In this document: positions 18,756-20,000 of the stretch, one piece after another
Position numbering within the stretch: the stretch's first letter is position 1
Layout of the letters: every line of letters starts with the position of its first letter
Source: an uncultured virus (IMG/VR IMGVR_UViG_3300024359_000004)
Taxonomy: Duplodnaviria; Heunggongvirae; Uroviricota; Caudoviricetes
Reading direction: 5' to 3' (one strand)
Virus record (IMG/VR): IMGVR_UViG_3300024359_000004
DNA: 20,000 bases
The notes under the pieces: generated by a model
The model's input: the letters and a program-made list of their open reading frames with translations, nothing else
Databases searched by the model: none
What the model was told of the DNA's origin: nothing
Translations under genes and position numbers: made by a program

Positions 18756-20000
18756 TTATGCTTCATTAGCCTCAGCTTGTAACGTAGCTATTTCAGCATT
18801 TAATGACTGTATTTGTGAATTAATACTATCCGCTAATTCTTTGAAAGCGCTCAATTCTTGAGTTCTTGCTTCTTCAAAGCTAGATAAATCAGTCTGAGCT
18901 TTAGCAGCAGTTTCAGCATCACCAGCAGCGTTTGCAGCTTCTATCTCAGCTTGTAACTTAGCTTTTAAATCTTCGAATTCTCTATCAGATTGCATGTCCT
19001 TACCCTCAGCAGTATTTAACTCTTCTTTTAAAGAGCTAATCTCTGTTTCTTTAGCAGAGATTAATGCAGCGTAGTCAATCCCGTTGAATTCAACAGAACT
19101 AAAAGAACCATGAACACCGTAAGCACCTAATTTAGCACCAGCTTGTACTAAATCTAAAGCATCACCAGTAAATTGTACTACAGAAACAGCACCATCAACT
19201 ACTTGCTCAGTATAATCATCACCTAATTCAACCATTAGACCGTTGATATATACTTGTAAAGATTCAGGTTTAACTGGGTTAGCTAATGTAGCCTCATCAT
19301 CACCATCAAAAGTAATACCTACTTTCTTAGCGTAGATTGAATCAAAGTTAGCAGCAGATACCTTATTGAATTCATTAATTACTTCAACGAATGAATCAAT
19401 TTTAGATACATCAGTGTTTTCAATGATATCAGCAACTTTTACAGTTAATTCACCTTCAGCAGCAGTAGCTCTAGCAATTTCATCTTCTAAACCTTTATTT
19501 AACTTAGCAAAGTTTTCACTAGTTTCAGCATCTTCAGTATCTTTTTTCCATGCTTCAAAGTTAACTTCATTAACTGGCATGTAAACTTCAAACGATAATA
19601 CATCAGAAGATTGAATTTCATTAATCGTATTTTTTGTTTCATCTCTTTCAGAAATACGCATTTTAAGTTCAACCTCAATATCAGCAACAGCATCAGTATT
19701 ACCATCAGCTTCAGCCTCAGCTTTATCACCTTCTAACTCAGAAATCTTAACAGTTAATTCATTCAATGAATCACTTAACTTTGCTAACTGTCGTTCAGCT
19801 TGCTCAAACTCAGCACTTGCATCTAAGTATCCTTCAAAATGAGAATTAGACGCAGCACCTCTATCATTATAACCAACAGTAGTAATGATTTCAGAATCTC
19901 TTCCAACAGATGAATCAGCTTCTTTTTTGATTGAATCAAATAATTCTGTTCTAACATCAGATAATTCAGTAGCTTCAACATCTTTTTTCCATGCTTCAAA
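18756..20000 (-). CDS. Acidic coiled-coil virion fibre/decoration-like protein, 5' end outside window
   Basis: The frame of the 336-aa track ORF stays open from 19766 to 20000 (FEAWKKDVEATELSDVRTELFDSIKKKADS...). Contains LEDEIARATAAEGEL, a VYINGL...GDDYT beta-domain motif and a long internal repeat. Confidence 0.7.
   Translation of the reverse strand, partial: FEAWKKDVEATELSDVRTELFDSIKKEADSSVGRDSEIITTVGYNDRGAASNSHFEGYLDASAEFEQAERQLAKLSDSLNELTVKISELEGDKAEAEADGNTDAVADIEVELKMRISERDETKNTINEIQSSDVLSFEVYMPVNEVNFEAWKKDTEDAETSENFAKLNKGLEDEIARATAAEGELTVKVADIIENTDVSKIDSFVEVINEFNKVSAANFDSIYAKKVGITFDGDDEATLANPVKPESLQVYINGLMVELGDDYTEQVVDGAVSVVQFTGDALDLVQAGAKLGAYGVHGSFSSVEFNGIDYAALISAKETEISSLKEELNTAEGKDMQSDREFEDLKAKLQAEIEAANAAGDAETAAKAQTDLSSFEEARTQELSAFKELADSINSQIQSLNAEIATLQAEANEA

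Noticed and set aside
19764..19766. TTG start given for the 336-aa ORF
   Set aside because: The frame stays open and protein-like to the window end, so the true start is outside the window.

Overview
AT-rich window from a large myovirus-type (contractile-tailed) phage. The host is probably Bacteroidota: two full TTG-N20-TAnnTTTG promoters are present and gene starts lack Shine-Dalgarno motifs. The left part (1-11194, mostly minus strand) is the tail module: sheath, tube, tail assembly chaperone with a likely +1/-2 programmed frameshift, tape measure, and a partial downstream virion gene. It is interrupted by accessory genes and by an almost pure A/T repeat array into which a host-type promoter fires (candidate origin). 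The right part (11346-18618) is an enzyme island: a small RHH-like regulator, a J-domain/DOT1-like methyltransferase joined by poly-Asn, a 279-aa miniature alanyl-tRNA synthetase, a GT2 glycosyltransferase, a sulfotransferase and a five-domain glycosyltransferase polyprotein. A repeat-containing coiled-coil fibre-like gene runs off the right end. A recurrent ATATTTAT motif precedes most structural genes and both arms of the island (putative late promoter). All family assignments are from motif recognition by eye; no searches were run.
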